Below the pieces are notes generated by a model. It did not search any database and was not told the DNA's origin. It was given only the letters and a program-made list of their open reading frames with translations. Source: Sphaeroforma arctica JP610 (lineage: Eukaryota). Taken from it: a stretch of DNA of 32,122 nt. The stretch lies in contig NW_014039648.1 of assembly GCF_001186125.1 (NCBI RefSeq), positions 1 through 32,122 on the forward strand. The letters are read 5' to 3'. Below, piece after piece: positions 29,995 through 32,122 of this stretch (position 1 is its first letter; every line of letters begins with the position of its first letter). Both the position numbers and the translations under genes were made by a program.

Positions 29995-31949
29995 CTAAAG
30001 TTTAGTGGTTGATTTCGTCCTTGTTGCTGAGGTCTGTGTTGTTGGTTTTTGTAGTTGATTGTACGCCACGGGCTCCAGGTAAACAGTTGGAGCCAGTTTC
30101 TCGGCGAAAGCAGATAGATTTGCCAATGTCTCTTGACTCGTAGCGGGTGTACACTGCGACGTCAATTCCACTGCAGATAACGACGGAAAGAGTTATATTA
30201 GTTTCTATATATATATATACATATCCATATATATATACTTATATATATATATATATANNNNNNNNNNNNNNNNNNNNATATAGTATATATATATATATAT
30301 GCGAATATATATATATATATATGTATGTATATATATACATATATATGTGTGTGTGTGTGTGTATGTACATATGTATATATGTACATATGTACGTAGGTAT
30401 GTAAACATATATATATATGTATGTATGTGTGTGTGTGTGTGATGTATATGTATATGTATGCATGTGTGTGCATCTGAGAACTTGCGCACACGTTGTTACG
30501 CCAAAATTGAGATGTTGAATATTCTACGAGATAGCGATTGTATGTGACAGAGCTGCGAGAAAGAGGGAGTGTGGCAAGTACTCCTACACACCGAAGAATG
30601 ATTCGTTGAGGAGGTTGTTAGGTGTCAAGCTTGGCCTACTAGAAGCCGACATCTGGACGAGATAAGGAATGTGCGGAAAGGCAAAACGAAAGTCAAAGAG
30701 TTAGGGATTAGTGATGGATAGAGATCAAGCGCCAGTTTAGTGTGTATTTAAAGCGAAATATCGACCTGAATGAGCCCAAAAAAACGTGCATTGATTAGCA
30801 AACGTGCAATCAATTGATTACCTTGTATGCCCGATATATCGACAGAGAGACCCCTTTCAAGTAAAAGCAATATCCTGTCACACTATAGCAGTAGTCAAAC
30901 CTGAGGTGTAGGTGAAGATAAGTCTTTCTTTGTTTAGCGACATCAATAGAGTTGGATGAATGTTGTTTTCCAGTTGATTTTGAAATCTGCACCAGAAGGT
31001 TTTGCCAAACAGCGAATACATTCAGTGTACATACACGTGGCCAGTATCTGTCAACCAGGCCCGAGGGTCGTCAGCCGACCGTTCTAGATTGATGACACTT
31101 CGTATTGGGATCTTAATCTCGGTAGGACCCACGTAACGTAAATCCCTAATGTGTGTAACAGGAATGAGGACGTATTTGAGCGGAAACGAGATATTGTTAG
31201 CGATTTGAACGAGTCCGTGTCAGATGAAGCAGCGGAAATTCCGAGCGAAATGAATATATCTGACAAGCCAGGCAATTTACTCGCTTTAATTTGTTCTAAC
31301 AATTGCAACCTCTTTGTAGTTATCTAGCCGTGACTACTAAGTAGGACAGGGTACTAATAAAACTTTGAGCACCTCTAGCCTAACAGTTGCAACGAACGCT
31401 GTATATAATCCCGACGTGGGCGCATTGGAATATATTTAGTGCGTTATGTTCTAGAGCTCGCTCGACAACTATCTCGCAATCAAGCCATTTCAGCCTAATT
31501 TGTGAGTGGATAGCTTTGAGACAATAAATGATACACTATCGTCATACCATTGCTGTAACTTGGACTCGGGATTATGGTGCCGGGCTCGGAAAGGCACCGA
31601 CAGCTTGTTTATTGATACACCATCTGCAGAAAGAAAACTCTACTCTCTTTAATATGAACTTTTGTAGATCCGTGGACTTTTGTGTAACAAGGTGCAACTT
31701 ACGCGATCGACTTCAGTTATATAGACTCTCAATTGACAGTCGATAATAGAATGAAAGCGATAGCAAACCGGACACAGTTTGCTCGTCAAATCATACATCA
31801 GTAAACATAAAACCCATACTTGGAAAGGTGTATACGTATTCATCATAGCGTAGTGATGTCCGCCTAAATCCTATGAGTCCTTCACACCGGGATAAAAAAT
31901 CCTCAATGACAGCTGGTAAAATGCTTCCCTGTAAGACACATTCTTTCAC
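29995..31949 (-). CDS. MED18: Mediator complex subunit 18, 5'-partial (start exon beyond the window), 210 aa visible in 6 exons
   Basis: Exons 31949-31820, 31623-31548, 31145-31035, 30900-30822, 30652-30592, 30170-29995, phase-consistent. [62 protein letters not shown] and VELT...[13 protein letters not shown] are collinear with animal MED18 as I recall it (EYLLQGSVL, LRAR, WHLRYLGQPE, GHLFRKG, VELS...FAEQLKPLVHLE). Confidence 0.88.
30206..30470. repeat. Compound (TA)n/(TG)n/(TATG)n microsatellite with assembly gap (N at 30258-30277) in the last MED18 intron
   Basis: Directly visible low-complexity dinucleotide tract. Confidence 0.95.
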
Positions 31950-32006
31950 CTGTAGAAAATTCGAATAGTGAGTTACATTTGAGGTATTCCGAAATGAAAT
32001 AGTGAT

Positions 32007-32007
32007 C

Positions 32008-32038
<31 letters not shown>

Positions 32039-32122
32039 GTATGTTTGTATATATATAAAAATAGATATGTATACATATCTATATAAAATATATATATACA
32101 GTGTATATATATATATATATTA
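32007..32122. repeat. (TA)n-rich microsatellite running off the window end, probably in a MED18 intron
   Basis: Directly visible TA runs upstream of the acceptor at 31950-31952. Confidence 0.9.

Noticed and set aside
31084..31308. 74-aa minus-strand ORF
   Set aside because: Mostly MED18 intron and out of frame with the true exon at 31145-31035.

Overview
Intron-rich eukaryotic nuclear DNA from a draft assembly, with two N gaps inside (TA)n microsatellites. I reconstructed six spliced genes by hand with GT-AG junctions and consistent phases. (1) An uncharacterised 22-exon, ~1241-aa type I membrane protein (+, 3852-10654) with a signal peptide, a duplicated Cys-containing ectodomain module, an RRRR convertase site, a Thr-rich stalk, one TM helix and a long disordered tail. 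(2) NDUFS2, the complex I 49-kDa subunit (-, 11110-15312). (3) HRD1/SYVN1, the ERAD RING-H2 ligase (+, 15983-20287). (4) A ~1240-aa NIMA/NEK-family kinase (-, 20997-25983). (5) ARF1 (-, 27359-29145). (6) A 5'-partial MED18 (-, 29995-31949). An animal-like class I ARF and a nuclear NDUFS2 suggest a holozoan (inference). The most unusual signals are a dispersed intergenic family of short inverted repeats, CATAGCCTTCT-N(5-24)-AGAAGGCTATG, including a copy with compensatory changes and a pair bracketing a ~940-bp segment; the ZP-protein-like architecture of the orphan membrane protein; and a 167-bp tandem duplication that copies a splice acceptor inside the kinase catalytic loop. All gene models are manual and have no transcript support.
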